Below, piece by piece: positions 47,731-59,429 of a DNA stretch of 64,000 bases. Under the pieces are notes generated by a model that was not told the DNA's origin, searched no databases, and saw only the letters and a list, made by a program, of their open reading frames with translations. Made by a program: the position numbers and the translations under genes. Numbering within the stretch: position 1 is the first letter of the stretch; the number at the start of each line of letters is the position of its first letter. Location: assembly GCF_000315625.1 (NCBI RefSeq), contig NW_005434666.1, positions 854,748 to 918,747 of the forward strand, given 5' to 3'. The DNA is from Guillardia theta CCMP2712 (taxonomy: Eukaryota; Protista; Cryptophyta).

Positions 47731-47830
47731 NNNNNNNNNNNNNNNNNNNNNNNNNNNNNNNNNNNNNNNNNNNNNNNNNNNNNNNNNNNNNNNNNNNNNN
47801 NNNNNNNNNNNNNNNNNNNNNNNNNNNNNN
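47731..47830. other. Assembly gap (100 N)
   Basis: Run of N. Confidence 1.
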
Positions 47831-48049
47831 TTCATCAACTTGGGCAAGTGGTTCAGCAACTGAAACAATCACAAAGGGAGCAACTTATGCTTCTATATCA
47901 ATACTTGGAGGTGATAAAGCAAATCCATATCAAGGATTTTCAGCAACTGGTATGTCTGGATATGGTGCTCTGTGGGGGGAGCAGGAGGAGGAGAGGGAAC
48001 AGGAGGAGATGGGGGGGCGGGGAGCATGAGGAGTTCTCAAAGCTGCTGT

Positions 48050-49965
48050 AGGTGGTCGACCATATTCAGCCCTCAGTTCCAGCCAAGTGCGTGAGAACTC
48101 CTGCAACCCGCATGCTCTGACGGAGAAGCATCGCAGAAAAGCTTGAGGGGCCCGCGGGAGGGTTGGAGGGAGCGAAGCTGTCGGCGCAACTGCAGCAGGT
48201 ACATGGAAGAGCAGATCCTCCTGCCGTGGGGATGACGGGAAGGAACAGGAGAGCAGGTCGGCATCTGCGGCAGCGGGGCCTGCAGGGCATGCGGGAGTAA
48301 GACGTCCCCTTTGGAATTTTGGACAGGAGTTCGAGCTGTAAGCTGAGAGCAGTGCGACTGATCGCTGATAGTCCTGCCTACAGCTACGTCTTCCTCGCCT
48401 CCTCCAACGAGACCCTCACGCACCTGACCATGTCCTCTGTCGGGTTGAACGTGCAGGGAAGGGAGCTCTGATCTGGCACGAGAAGGTCTTCCTCCTACCT
48501 CCTCCTCCTCCTCCTCCTCCTCCTTCACCACCACCACCAAAACCACTACCTCCTCCTCCTATTCCTCCTCCTCCTATTCCTCCTCTCCCTTCACCATCAA
48601 CACCAACACCAACACCTTCTCCTCCTCCTCCTCCTCCTCCTCCTCCTCATCATCATCATCATCATCATCATCCTCATCCTCTACCTCCCTTGCTCGGCTT
48701 TTCCCTCCCTTGGCAGACCCCATCACTTCCAATTCTCCCAAAAGCATCCTGCTCACTTTTGTTGTCCTTGCTCTTTCATCGTCATCATATCATCATTCCA
48801 CTATCTCCATCGTTTTTCTATTCCAACTGTCCGTTGTTTCCTTTCTTGACCTTCTTGATCAAATTTTCGCAGAATCTGTTTCTCAATTCTGCTCCATTGA
48901 AGGGGAACACCAGATTGTTCAACCGCTCATTGACGAAGAACGATTTACATCTGCCATGGTACTTCAAGCTGACTGCAAACGTCGCTGTATTGCAACCCAC
49001 TCTTTGTTCTCGGTTTTGCAGCGCTTTTAGATGTTGTTGCGCGCATGTCTTGAATCTGTCGTCATGATAACTCAGTTTTCCCATCCTTTCCTCCTCTGAA
49101 GCTCCTGACAGGCATAATCAGTCTGTATTTGCGCACGTCTACTTCGTCAGAAATGGGGTCCCGTCAGCCCTTGCCTTGATCTCGCTTACCTGGACCCGCA
49201 GGCGGATCCTCTGGGAGGAGGAGGCAACGCTGATGTCGCGCATGGCGTGTTCAAGTATCAGAAGAAATTTGTTATCGTGATGGAGGGGATAACGAAATTC
49301 TTCAGCCTGATCTCGCACGCTCCCCGGCCGAAGGCGAAGAAGACCAAGAACCTGATAACAGGCGACATGTCGGAGAGAGATCAGGTATGGGACTTGTAAG
49401 GAGCCGCCGAGTCCTGAGCAGCACCAGGAAATCATGGCGGCCAACGCCAAGCTCAACATCACAGAGGAGCGAGAGGTCGCATGCTCGATAAGGAGCCGAT
49501 GGTCTGTGATGCTGAGAGCAGAATGAGATTATCCCTATGTGGAAGCCAGAGATCTACATCGACATTGTTGAGGAGGTCTGCTGCTGTTACTCCTTCCCCT
49601 CCCTCCTTGCCTGCCTGCCTTGCCTCCTCACTATACGCTCCTGTCCATCCCCCTCCCTCTTGCTTCTCCTCTTCTACTCACATCGGCCATGATTTCCTCT
49701 CGTTCTGCTTACCTTCACTCCAGACGTCCGTCTTTCCTGGCAACGGAATTCCACAGCCGATGCTCGACCATATGAAGTTTGACTCGGATGGAAGGTAAGG
49801 AGGAACAAGCTCGCGAGAAAGGGAGGAAGTCAATACGAAAGAAGAAGGAAGGAGGAGAGGAGGAGGATTTAGAGGGAGCCGACCAGGAGGAGGAGCAAGA
49901 GGAGGTGAAGTGGAGAGCAGGAAGAGGGGGGAGAGCAGGAGGAGATGAGTAAGGGACATCATTAT

Positions 49966-50006
<41 letters not shown>

Positions 50007-53000
50007 GGAGACTGTGGAGGTACTGACAGGGCCGCAGCTACTTTCCCATCATGCATCTCAACGAGTTCTGGTTGACCAAGGGGATGATGATCCACGTGAA
50101 CGAGACAGTCGATCACCTTCCTCTCGTCCTCCACTTCCGGTCAGTTAACCTCCAAGGAGCCTCCGCTACTCTCCCTCCCTCCCTCTCCTCCCTCCATCCC
50201 ATCTTCCTGCTCCCTCCCCCCCTGCTCCCTTCCCTCCTGCTCCCTCCCTCCTGCTCCCTCCCTCCTTCTAGCTTCTTGACTTCATTTTTCCTCTTCCTAT
50301 CCCCCGCAGGTGTCAAGGTCGCTTCACATGGCTCATGGTCATCCAGTGGGGAACTTCAATGCAGCAGCAGGTGATTATCTTCCTGCGGCGAGACGAATGT
50401 GACGTCTCCTCCTCCTCCCCTCCCCTCCCTTTCTCTCTTCTTCCTCCTCTCTGCTTTCCTTCCTCTTCTCTTCTATCCTTCCTCCCCTTCCTCCCGCTAC
50501 TCCTTCCTCATCTCCTCTCCTCTCTCCTCTCTCCTCTCTCCTCTTCCCTTCCCTTCCCTTCCCTTCCCTTCCCTTCCCTTCCCGTGTCTTCCCGCATCAC
50601 CGTCATTTCTCGTCCTCTGCAGCGAAGCATCGGCACAGCATCGGAGGGCGATCATGACGAGCTCAAGAGGATTCTGCTCGAGAGCAACCCGTGAGGAGCA
50701 TCCAAGGCAGTCAGCGCTTCTGACGTCCTCTCAGCTACCTCCTCGCCATCACCGGGATAGTGTCCCTCCTCCACACCGTCTTCGATTTCCTCGCGTTCAA
50801 GAATGGTAGGAGAGGAGGAGGAGGAGGAGGAGGAGGAGGATGGAGGAGGAGGAGGAGGAGGAGGAGGAGGAGGTTGTAACGGATTCTACAGACATCTCAT
50901 TCTGGAGGAAGGTGGACTCGATGCAGGGGCTCTCAGTCAGGAGCATCTTCACCAACATGTGAGGAGGGAGGCGATTGGAGCTGCTCCTGACCAGCACAAC
51001 AGCATCACGCAGACGATCATATTCCTCTACCTGCTCGACAACGACACGTCGTGGCTGGTGAGAGGAGAGGAGGCGAGAGGAAGCAAGAGAGGGCGCAGGG
51101 ATCAGGATGAGGATGAGGGAGGGTTGGCAGGTAGCAAGACCTGAACCTGACGGTTCTGGTTGCAGATCCTCCTTTCTTCGGGCGTTGGGCTTCTGATCGG
51201 TATCCCTCTTGTTTCCTCATCATCATCTTCATCATCATCGTCCTCCTCCTCCTCCTCCTCCTCCTCCTCCTCCTCCTCCTCTAACTTCACTCTCTCCCCC
51301 TTTCCGCCCGCTTCTCGTTCTTCTTACCTGCATACAGAAATCTGGAAGGTGAAGAAGGCAATGAATGTACTAGTTCTGCCCCAGGTGATTCCCTTTCGTT
51401 CATGAAAGGGACGATGAGAATGAGGAAGATGGCGATGGCCATGACGACGATGATGACCTTGATTGTAGTTTCCTTTCATCAAGCTCAACTACAAAGATTC
51501 CTACAAGTCAGAAACGATGAGATATGACCAGGTTCTTCATACTCAAACTACCAACCTCCGTTTTCTCCTCCTATCCTTCCTTTCCTTCTTCCCTTCCTTG
51601 CTTCGCTCCTCTCACCATGTTGCAGATCGCTATGAAATATCTCTCTTACGTGCTCTACCCGCTCTCCCTCGGTTTCTCCATCTACAGGTAACTTCTCAAG
51701 TTACTTTTCCCTTTCCCGTCACTGACGTCGGAACTTCAAGTTTGATGTACAACCAGCACAAGAGCTGGTGGTCTTGGATCCTTTCATCGGGTACCTCTCC
51801 CTCCCTCTTCCTCCCTCTCCCCATCCCTCCCTCCCTCCCTCCCTCCCTCCATCCATCCATCCATCCATCCATCCATCCCTTCTCCACTCCCTTCCTCCTC
51901 CTCTCATCGTTTCTTCATTAGCCGTTGGTTGCGTTTATACATTCGGCTTCATCATGATGACGCCGCAGCTCTTCATCAACTATAAGGTGACTTGCTTCCT
52001 TCTCCTCCTCCTCCTCCTCCTCTCTCCTCCTCTCTCCTCCTCTCTCCTCCTCTCTCCTCTCCTCCTCTTCACTTCTCTTCCTAAACCTTCGCAGCTCAAG
52101 AGCGTCGCGCACTTGCCTTGGAGAGCGATGATTTACAAAGTGAGTGAAGAATCATATTGATCACGATGTTGATTATAACGACGACGTCGGTGACGACTTT
52201 GCAGTTTCTCAACACAATCATCGATGATCTTTTCGCCTTTGTGATCAAGTGAAGAACTTTGCCTTCGTGATCAAGTGAAGAGACGCCGGGGCTGATATGT
52301 GTCTGTCAGAATGCCAACTCTGCACAGACTTTCTGTCTTCAGAGACGGTGAGGACAACATCATTGTGTCTTGACTTTCCTTCTTGTGAGAGTTTGCTATA
52401 TCAGACCTTATCTTCTTGATCTACTTGTATCAGCGATGGACATACAGGTAAACCTCCCTCTTCTCCCTCCTCCTCCTCCTCCTCCTCCTCCCTCCCTCTT
52501 GTTGACTCCACCACACACCCTCTTCCTAACTTTCCCCTCCTCCTTCATGTTCCAGCCCTCGTTCCCCCCCTTTCTTCCTTCATTCCCTCCCTCAAAATCT
52601 CCTCCCTCCTTCCCTCCCTCCCTCAATCCATCCATCCATCCACAAATCCCTCTTTGCTTTTATACCCTCCTCCTCCTCCTCCTCCTCACATTCCCTCCTC
52701 CTCCTTCTCCCTTGGCGCTTCCCTTTCGTTTCCTTCCGCCTCCTCCTTCGCCTCTCCCCTTCATTCCTCTGACTTTCCTCTCTAGGGTAGACAAGAAACG
52801 ACCCAACGGTTCGAGCCCTTGGCTTCCCTTCCTGCCTTTCGCTCGATTGCCTCCCATCGCCTTCCGCCTGCATTGGACCCCCCTTGCTATTTTGCCATCC
52901 TATGCTCGTCCTCCCCTAGCTCTACCACCTCCTTCCTCCTTTACCTCTTAGCCTCTAAGCTCCTTGCCTCCTCCTCCACCACCACAACTACCTCCTCCTC

Positions 53001-53179
53001 CTCCTCCTCCAATCCCCCCCCCTCCTCCTCCTCCTCCTGAATCACTTCGGCAGAATACGGCATGGTTGCCAAGGACGCGGAAGAGAGCACGCAGGTTCAG
53101 ATTGTGTCTGTTTCCTCCCTTTACTCTCATCACTCATAATGTACAGGATCCAGCTCAACCCCAGCAGGAGAAACAATAA
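48050..53179 (+). CDS. CLPTM1-family multi-pass ER membrane protein (5' end uncertain, near the gap)
   Basis: ALIWHEK, HNQSVFAHVYF, KKTKNLITG, WKPEI, LNEFWL, ELKRILLESNPYLL, FDFLAFKNDISFW, GFIMMTPQLFINYKLKSVAHLPW, NTIIDDLFAFVIKMP, YLYQRWTYRVDKKR. More than 20 exons. Confidence 0.92.
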
Positions 53180-53237
53180 AGCTAGCCCCTCCTCGCATGT
53201 TCTCTCGATCTTAACTCACCCCGTTGTTATCGACTCG

Positions 53238-53291
<54 letters not shown>

Positions 53292-53399
53292 TCACGTCTT
53301 ATTACAATCGGCTCCACCATCGTCGTATCCATCTTGATTATTTCATTTATCATCTCCATCATGGTCATCACAACCATCATCACCATCACCATCATCATC

Positions 53400-56065
53400 C
53401 TTCTTCTGCAACTCCAGCTGCTGTCTGCATCTTTCTGAATCTTTCCGTGAGAGGAACGCGGAGGTTGAGCTGCCTCAGTCGTCAGTCGTTGAGCTGCTGA
53501 CCCCTCAAACCTTCACCGAGTGAGGAGACGGAAAGTGAAGGCGGCGGGTAGAGGAGGGGCCTGACTGCTGCGGAGCTGGTGACATGAAGGAGGAGGAGGA
53601 GGATAGAACAACAAGAGGAGAGGAGAGAGGAAAGGGTTCTCAGGGAGACATGAAGACAAACAAGCAGGCATGTCGGCGGGTTGACGAAGATGATGGAGGG
53701 AGGGCGAGGGCGAGGGCGAGGGCGAGGGCGAGGGCGAGGACGAAGCATCATTGACCTCGGGGAATTGCGAAGAGTCAGGAGGTGCTGGGAGAGCTTGTCA
53801 ACAACCGAAGGGAAATCACAGATGAGAAGGACCAGCGAAAGATCTCTTTGGGCTCAACAGGTTGAAGCTGTTGAAAACCAATCTCAGCACCACATGAGGT
53901 CGAGAGCAATGCTCGCAACACAGCACATTCAGGGGCAAGGGAGCGTGAGACCGAGGAGTAGGAGGACTCACTCGAGCTTCGGGACGGCAGCTTTCATGTC
54001 AGCCTCTTGAACGATGCTCTTGAAGTCAGCGGGGAGAAGGTCCTTGCCCTGCAGGCTGGTGCAGGAGATGGGGAGAGGGTTGTGGTACTTTTCCCGGTTG
54101 TCTCTGAAGAACGAGTCCAGCATGCGCGCTTGCAGCTATCATGTGGTCATGTACGACTTTGCGGCATCGGCAGCACCTGGTGGCAGTAGAAGTGACAGCT
54201 GGGCTGCTGCTGAGCCTTGATCCAACGGAAAGTCTGAAACATCTTCAAAAGAGGGCGGGAGCGAGATCGGGAGCGGGAGCGGGAGCGGGAGCGGGAGCAG
54301 CACGAAGGGCGTATCACCGGTATCTCTGCTTGCAGACCTTGGCGTTGTGATACGTGATGTGCCGATCTTTCTGGTTTCTTCTTGCTCTGCAGGGGTTCAG
54401 GCATCACATCGAGCATTTGGATCTCATACCTTGGAGATCAAGATCAGAATCCCTTCCTGTTCAACAACGACTGGAGCGGAGCTAAAAGTAGACATGTACT
54501 TTGCGAGCTGAGTGGAGAATCATCGTGCTGACGTCATCTATGAATCTAGCCTTTATCACCTTCTTGAGATGCTTTTCGACTCTCTTCTTGCCTGACACGC
54601 ACAAATGGCTATCAGAAGCTGCAGACGCAGTAGACTGAGTGGGCAGAGCAGGCAAGAACGAGCGAGAGTGAGTTGAAGGTTGTGTTGCTTACGTCTTGTC
54701 GGTAAGGACCAAACCTTCGATTGTTGTACATGTACTTCTTCTTCAAAAATCTGCTTCCTGTGTCGATGAAGAAAGGCTTTCAAAGCTTCGACGGCAATCT
54801 GGTATACAAAAGCCGTCAACAAGGTCGAGGAGGTGAAGAAGAAGAAGAAAGATTTCACAGCAAGGAGAAAAACGAGGTAGAACAGGATAGAATAGAGAGT
54901 GATAAGTAGAGACAAGATCTCCAACCTTGCATGACGTGACGCTAAATCGCATGCATGTCGCCATGTCATACTCGAAGACCTCGGGCCCATCGTCGCTCCA
55001 GGCCAGAACCTGAACGACGTCACTGAAAGACATTCCGTTAGGATCATCCGCACTTTCATCAGCAAGGTTGGAGGAGGATGGTCGGCACAGGCAGGTACGC
55101 TCCTCTCCTGACCAAGGTGGCTCCGTGACGACAGAGTCTCGTGCAGAGGTCGTGGGGTTCCTGGAGGGGAAGAGGCGGGAGCAGGAGGAAGAGGAGAAGG
55201 AGGAGAAGGAGAAGGAGAAGGAGAAAGAAGAGAATGAGTAAGAGGAGGGGGACAAGAAGGTAAGTCTTGACACAGTTGATTCCTCAGACTCACCTTGGAA
55301 AGCTTCGAATGACATCTCGCACGATGTTCGCTCAGAATTCCCAAGAGTGACGTTGAGGTACCAATTCCTCACTGACGTTGATACCTTGTACAAGTTGTCG
55401 GAAGGAAAGAATCTGAGCAGCTTCGCCATCAACCAGTGCTGCTCTACCGCTCTCCCAGCTCTGATTGCCAGCATCCTCTTCGTCTCTTCCACCACATGCC
55501 GCCTGCGCCGAATGCCCGCGTTCCCTAGACGGACGAATCCATGCTCCTTGCCTGTCGAAACACGCTGAAGGATCTCCCCAGTCATGAGCTGGAGGAGGAA
55601 CTTGGGACTCTGTGTGCTCCTTGCTGTGAGAGGAGGAGCTGGCTTCTCGTCGGGTTCCAGGAGGACGAGGTTCTCAGGAATGAGCCGCATAGGAGCGCAC
55701 AGGACATGCCAAACGAGCATTGCCCCCGTAGCCTCGCAGAACAGCGGCTTCGAGGTTTTCAACCAGCAGCGAAGCATGCAGACAAGACTCGTGCAGTGCG
55801 GCTCCCATGGCACGATCTCCCAGCAGCCGAGGACTACACATACTTGATAGCTCCTCAGTTTCTCCTCCACCTCCTCCCCTTCCCGTCCAAACTCGTCGAG
55901 CCCTTCCAGCCCCCGAACGTCTAGGGTGACTTGTGAGGCTCTGGAGTGGAGGAGGCTGGAGATCGCATGCGTGAGAGTGACAAGGGAGGAGGAGGAGGGA
56001 GGGAGGCGATGGGAGCTCCCCGCGTCATCCAGTGTGTCTGTCATGACCACCAGCCATCGCACCAT
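53400..56065 (-). CDS. Large multi-exon hypothetical protein (ends approximate)
   Basis: 450-codon ORF 54743-56095 plus downstream minus-strand exons with GT-AG boundaries. No family recognised. Confidence 0.55.
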
Positions 56066-56094
56066 TCCGCCAGTAACGGCCGTCAAGCCTGTCA

Positions 56095-56470
56095 AACTCG
56101 GTTTCCACGGCCCGCCTCACTCCCGGTCGGCCTGGCGCACCTCCGTGAGTCCGACAGTGCCGGGCTCGGCCGGGGGCCATGATCGGCCCGGCCTCGGCCG
56201 GCCTCGGACGGAGTCGCGGTCCGGGTAGGGCCGAAGCCTCATCGCCACTCACCGGAATGTCACGATTTTTCGACTTCACTGTGAACGGCCTTGAACGCAC
56301 ATCCCACCCGGGCCTGAGTTCACTGCGGCACAGCCCGGTCCTGGCACTGCGGCAGTGAGTCGCTGGCAAGTTGCCATGGTGATAACGGCGTACTAGTGAC
56401 TACGGTACTACGGTACTAGGCTGAGTACCGTGATCGGACTTCAGTGAGTAAAGATCGGAGCGGCCGTGAA
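56095..56470. promoter_or_regulatory. GC-rich island with TACGGTACTA repeats between divergent genes; TATA-like catataaaaa nearby at about 56526
   Basis: gactacggtactacggtacta at about 56398-56418. Confidence 0.45.
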
Positions 56471-56539
56471 GTGAGTTCACACGTTTTCGGGGAAGAGGCA
56501 ACGCCATTTCACCAGCTAGCCGTGACATATAAAAATCCA

Positions 56540-57466
56540 ATGGCAGGATCTCCAGGTTTCGTTGGCTCCTTGTCGTGGCCACAAAGTCGCCATGGCAGTG
56601 GAAGGATGCTTCCCCTTGCCCCTCGCTCCTTCCCTCTTGCTCCTTCCCCTCGTTCCTCGGCGCCATTCCATGCAGGAAAGGGGATCATGGCCATCCGATG
56701 CCTCGCTCCGTCAGGGATCGACGCGCTGCCTTTAAGCTTGCAGGTGCATCTTCATTGACAGAGCCTCACCTCTCACGCTCACACGTCTTCACTATTCCTC
56801 TGACATGCAAACATCCACGCAGGCAGCAACCTTCGTCTCTATCTTCGCTGGACTTGGCCTGGGGACTGCGTTGCTCAGCGGCCCAACCTTCTCAGCTGTC
56901 GAAAGAACGCTCCCTAAGGGGTGGTTCTCGTCATGGAAGAAAACTTGGCCTCTCCTTGGCCTTGTGTATGTTCTGGCAGGTGTAGCACACTTCACAGCTA
57001 AGGATGCCTTCCTCGCCATCTACCCTCCCTTGGGAACCTGGGGGTTGTGGTTTCTTCCTGGTTCGGCCGAGTTTCATGTTGCGTGGACGGGTGTGGCGGA
57101 GGTCTTGGGAGGAAGTGGCTTGCTGTTGGGAGGCACGATACAAGCTCTTGGTAGGGAAGACCTGCTGCCAAATTCCATGAAGGGAGTGAAGTATGCCAGT
57201 GCTCTCGCACTGTTCCTGCTCACCCTCGCTGTCACTCCTGCTAACATATACATGTACACTCACGGTATCCCAACATGCATTCAAATTGATCGAACTCTTC
57301 AGTGCTCATGCTGAATGCCACAGGTGCAACAATGCCGGGTTTGGGCCCGCCAGGAGAAATCCCAGTGAGTTTCCACGCTGTGCGCGGCCTGTTACAAGTA
57401 GTACTCTTGTCCTTGCTCTGGAGCATGTCCGCTGGTGAAGGAGCGGGGAAGTCCAGTTCAAGCTGA
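56540..57466 (+). CDS. DoxX-like (COG4270-type) membrane protein with N-terminal transit-peptide-like extension
   Basis: AGVAHF...AIYPP, WTGVAEVLGG, LAVTPANIYM, HAVRGLLQ. Two GT-AG introns; TGA at 57464-57466. Confidence 0.85.
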
Positions 57467-57649
57467 ATGAGCATTTACTCGAACTGTTCGATCGCTGTTG
57501 ACGAGTTGTAAATTCTCTTTGTCATGAAATCATGGAGCATCTCACCATCAAGGGTGTCCTCTCCTTCATCGAATTAAAACTCTCACTAGACACGGATCAT
57601 AGTTACAGGGGTTCTTATATACATGATTTTGCCACTATGACAGGTAAAA

Positions 57650-58932
57650 TGAGCAAGACTTATCACTCTGAAACTGTGATGTTCCTCAACAGCAATATTG
57701 CTCTCTCACTGGTTGCGCAAGACCATATTCGCTGCAAACGACAAGGAATCAAAACACCTCAGCAGAAAGTGAAAGTTCGAGACACAGACCTGCAGACAGA
57801 CATATCCACGACGACACCGTCCGATCTCACACAGTACAGCACTCGAGTCTGCTTGCAAGTTGCGCTGCAGCTCGACCATGCCTGAGGCACAACACTACAA
57901 AAAGAAAGAAAACGTGTCACGATTGCCGACCAATTCACTGCAAAGAGCAAGTGCCTGTATGTGCATCCCAAGATAGTGAAACATGGCATTTCGGTCGTCA
58001 AAGGAACCATCCCCCGGGCTCTGAGTAAGCTTTCAGTCCTGATAAACCCGTCTCAGCACACTTACATGCATGTTGAACTGTCAACTGTCTCTCCGTCGTC
58101 TCTGACACAATCCACTACCCTGCGCTGCGTACCACTACCGCATGTTGTTGAGCAGTCTCCCCAAGATCCTGATACAAGTTTCAATTTTTGAGCGAGTGTT
58201 TGAACTCATAACAGTCGGATGACCTGCTACGAACGAATATCCGCAGAGAACTGTCCCGGTGCACTCCCTTCAAGCACGATGTCAGTCCCACAGTTTCATG
58301 TGCCCTCATGAAAGTCACATGATGCTTTCAGGCTTTGCTCCAGCATACATCGCACACATTGCCGCGTCGTCAACACCGTTGTCACTTGCCCTCTGACACG
58401 TGACAGATCTTGTGATGTTGGCTACACCACAGTCTGGACATGCCGACCAGGAGCCTACTACCCATTTGTAGGTCTCGCATATCGTTCCACGAAGCACTGA
58501 ATTCTCTACCCAATATCCACCTGTTCCAAAGTTGCAGCAGTCTCTCCTGCACACATTCGTATCATTCACTTGGCATGGAGTTGGAAAACTGTACCTCCAG
58601 TTGCATGTACCTTCGGGTCCGACAAGACAACACCCAGGTATCTGATCATTGGTAGGCGCCTTCAGCACAGTCAGGCATGTAAGTCAGGATGAAGATGCTC
58701 AGGTACCGGCTGCATCTCTTCTGGGCTAGTTGCCAGGGAGTTCAATCTTATAATCTCACTCTTCTTCCACATGTCCCAAATCACCGCCACGTTGCTGTCT
58801 TGACCATCAGACACGCCTGAGTTGTTGTCCAGATCTTTCATCTCACCTGTCTGCTGACGTCTGGCAACATCCCGCATCTACATCTCCTGCCATGGCGGCT
58901 GCCAGCACCACCACAATCACCCTAGCCAGCAT
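57650..58932 (-). CDS. Secreted thrombospondin type-1 repeat protein (3' end approximate)
   Basis: Signal peptide MLARVIVVVLAAAMA. Three TSP1 repeats: WVVGSWSACPDCG...RSVTC, GSWGDCSTTCGSGTQRRVVDC, AWSSCSATCKQTRVLYC. Confidence 0.8.
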
Positions 58933-59119
58933 GACGCCTCGTTGACAAGCGCCTATCCGCCCCACCCCCCTACCCCTCAAATTTTCATTCAACCCCACTG
59001 ATTTCCTTTTGGAAACCCCATCATGTGAGAATCAAAATGACCCCTACCCCCAGGTCTCTACCACCCATCAATTCATGGGTTTGTGTTGGACCCCCTCATC
59101 CCCCTACGCACGCCACTCA

Positions 59120-59290
59120 CAGTGATGATCCACAGGACTCGGGATGATGATCCAGCTCAGTGATGATCAGACTGATGATCCTGCTGATGATCCTGCTGAT
59201 GATCCTGCGATCGCGAAGCAGCGAAGCCGGGCTCAGTCAGGCTCACCAGCTAGCAGGCTAGCCGCAGTGACTCATTGAGTCAGTCAGAGA
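59120..59290 (+). repeat. Degenerate TGATGATC(CTGC) array followed by perfect inverted repeat TGACTCA-T-TGAGTCA
   Basis: About 6 TGATGATC units at 59123-59207; palindrome at 59268-59282. Confidence 0.7.
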
Positions 59291-59429
59291 CTATCAGGCA
59301 AACACAACACTGTGCAGGCGAGGCTGTGATTTAATGATTGGCCCAGTGGTGTACCGTAGCACTGGCGGCAGTGCGGCCCTAGTGTGGGACGGCCCAGGGT
59401 GTCACAATTCAGCCTCGTTTCACCCATTT

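Noticed and set aside
48066-49462. Minus-strand ORFs, including one with a signal-peptide-like start
   Set aside because: Antisense shadows of CLPTM1 exons on the plus strand.
56370-56386. RFX X-box-like GTTGCCATGGTGAT
   Set aside because: Imperfect second half-site and no evidence that the flanking genes are ciliary.
59120-59210. C/D box snoRNA cluster (TGATGA/CTGA)
   Set aside because: Boxes are only about 12 nt apart, leaving no room for guide sequences or terminal stems.
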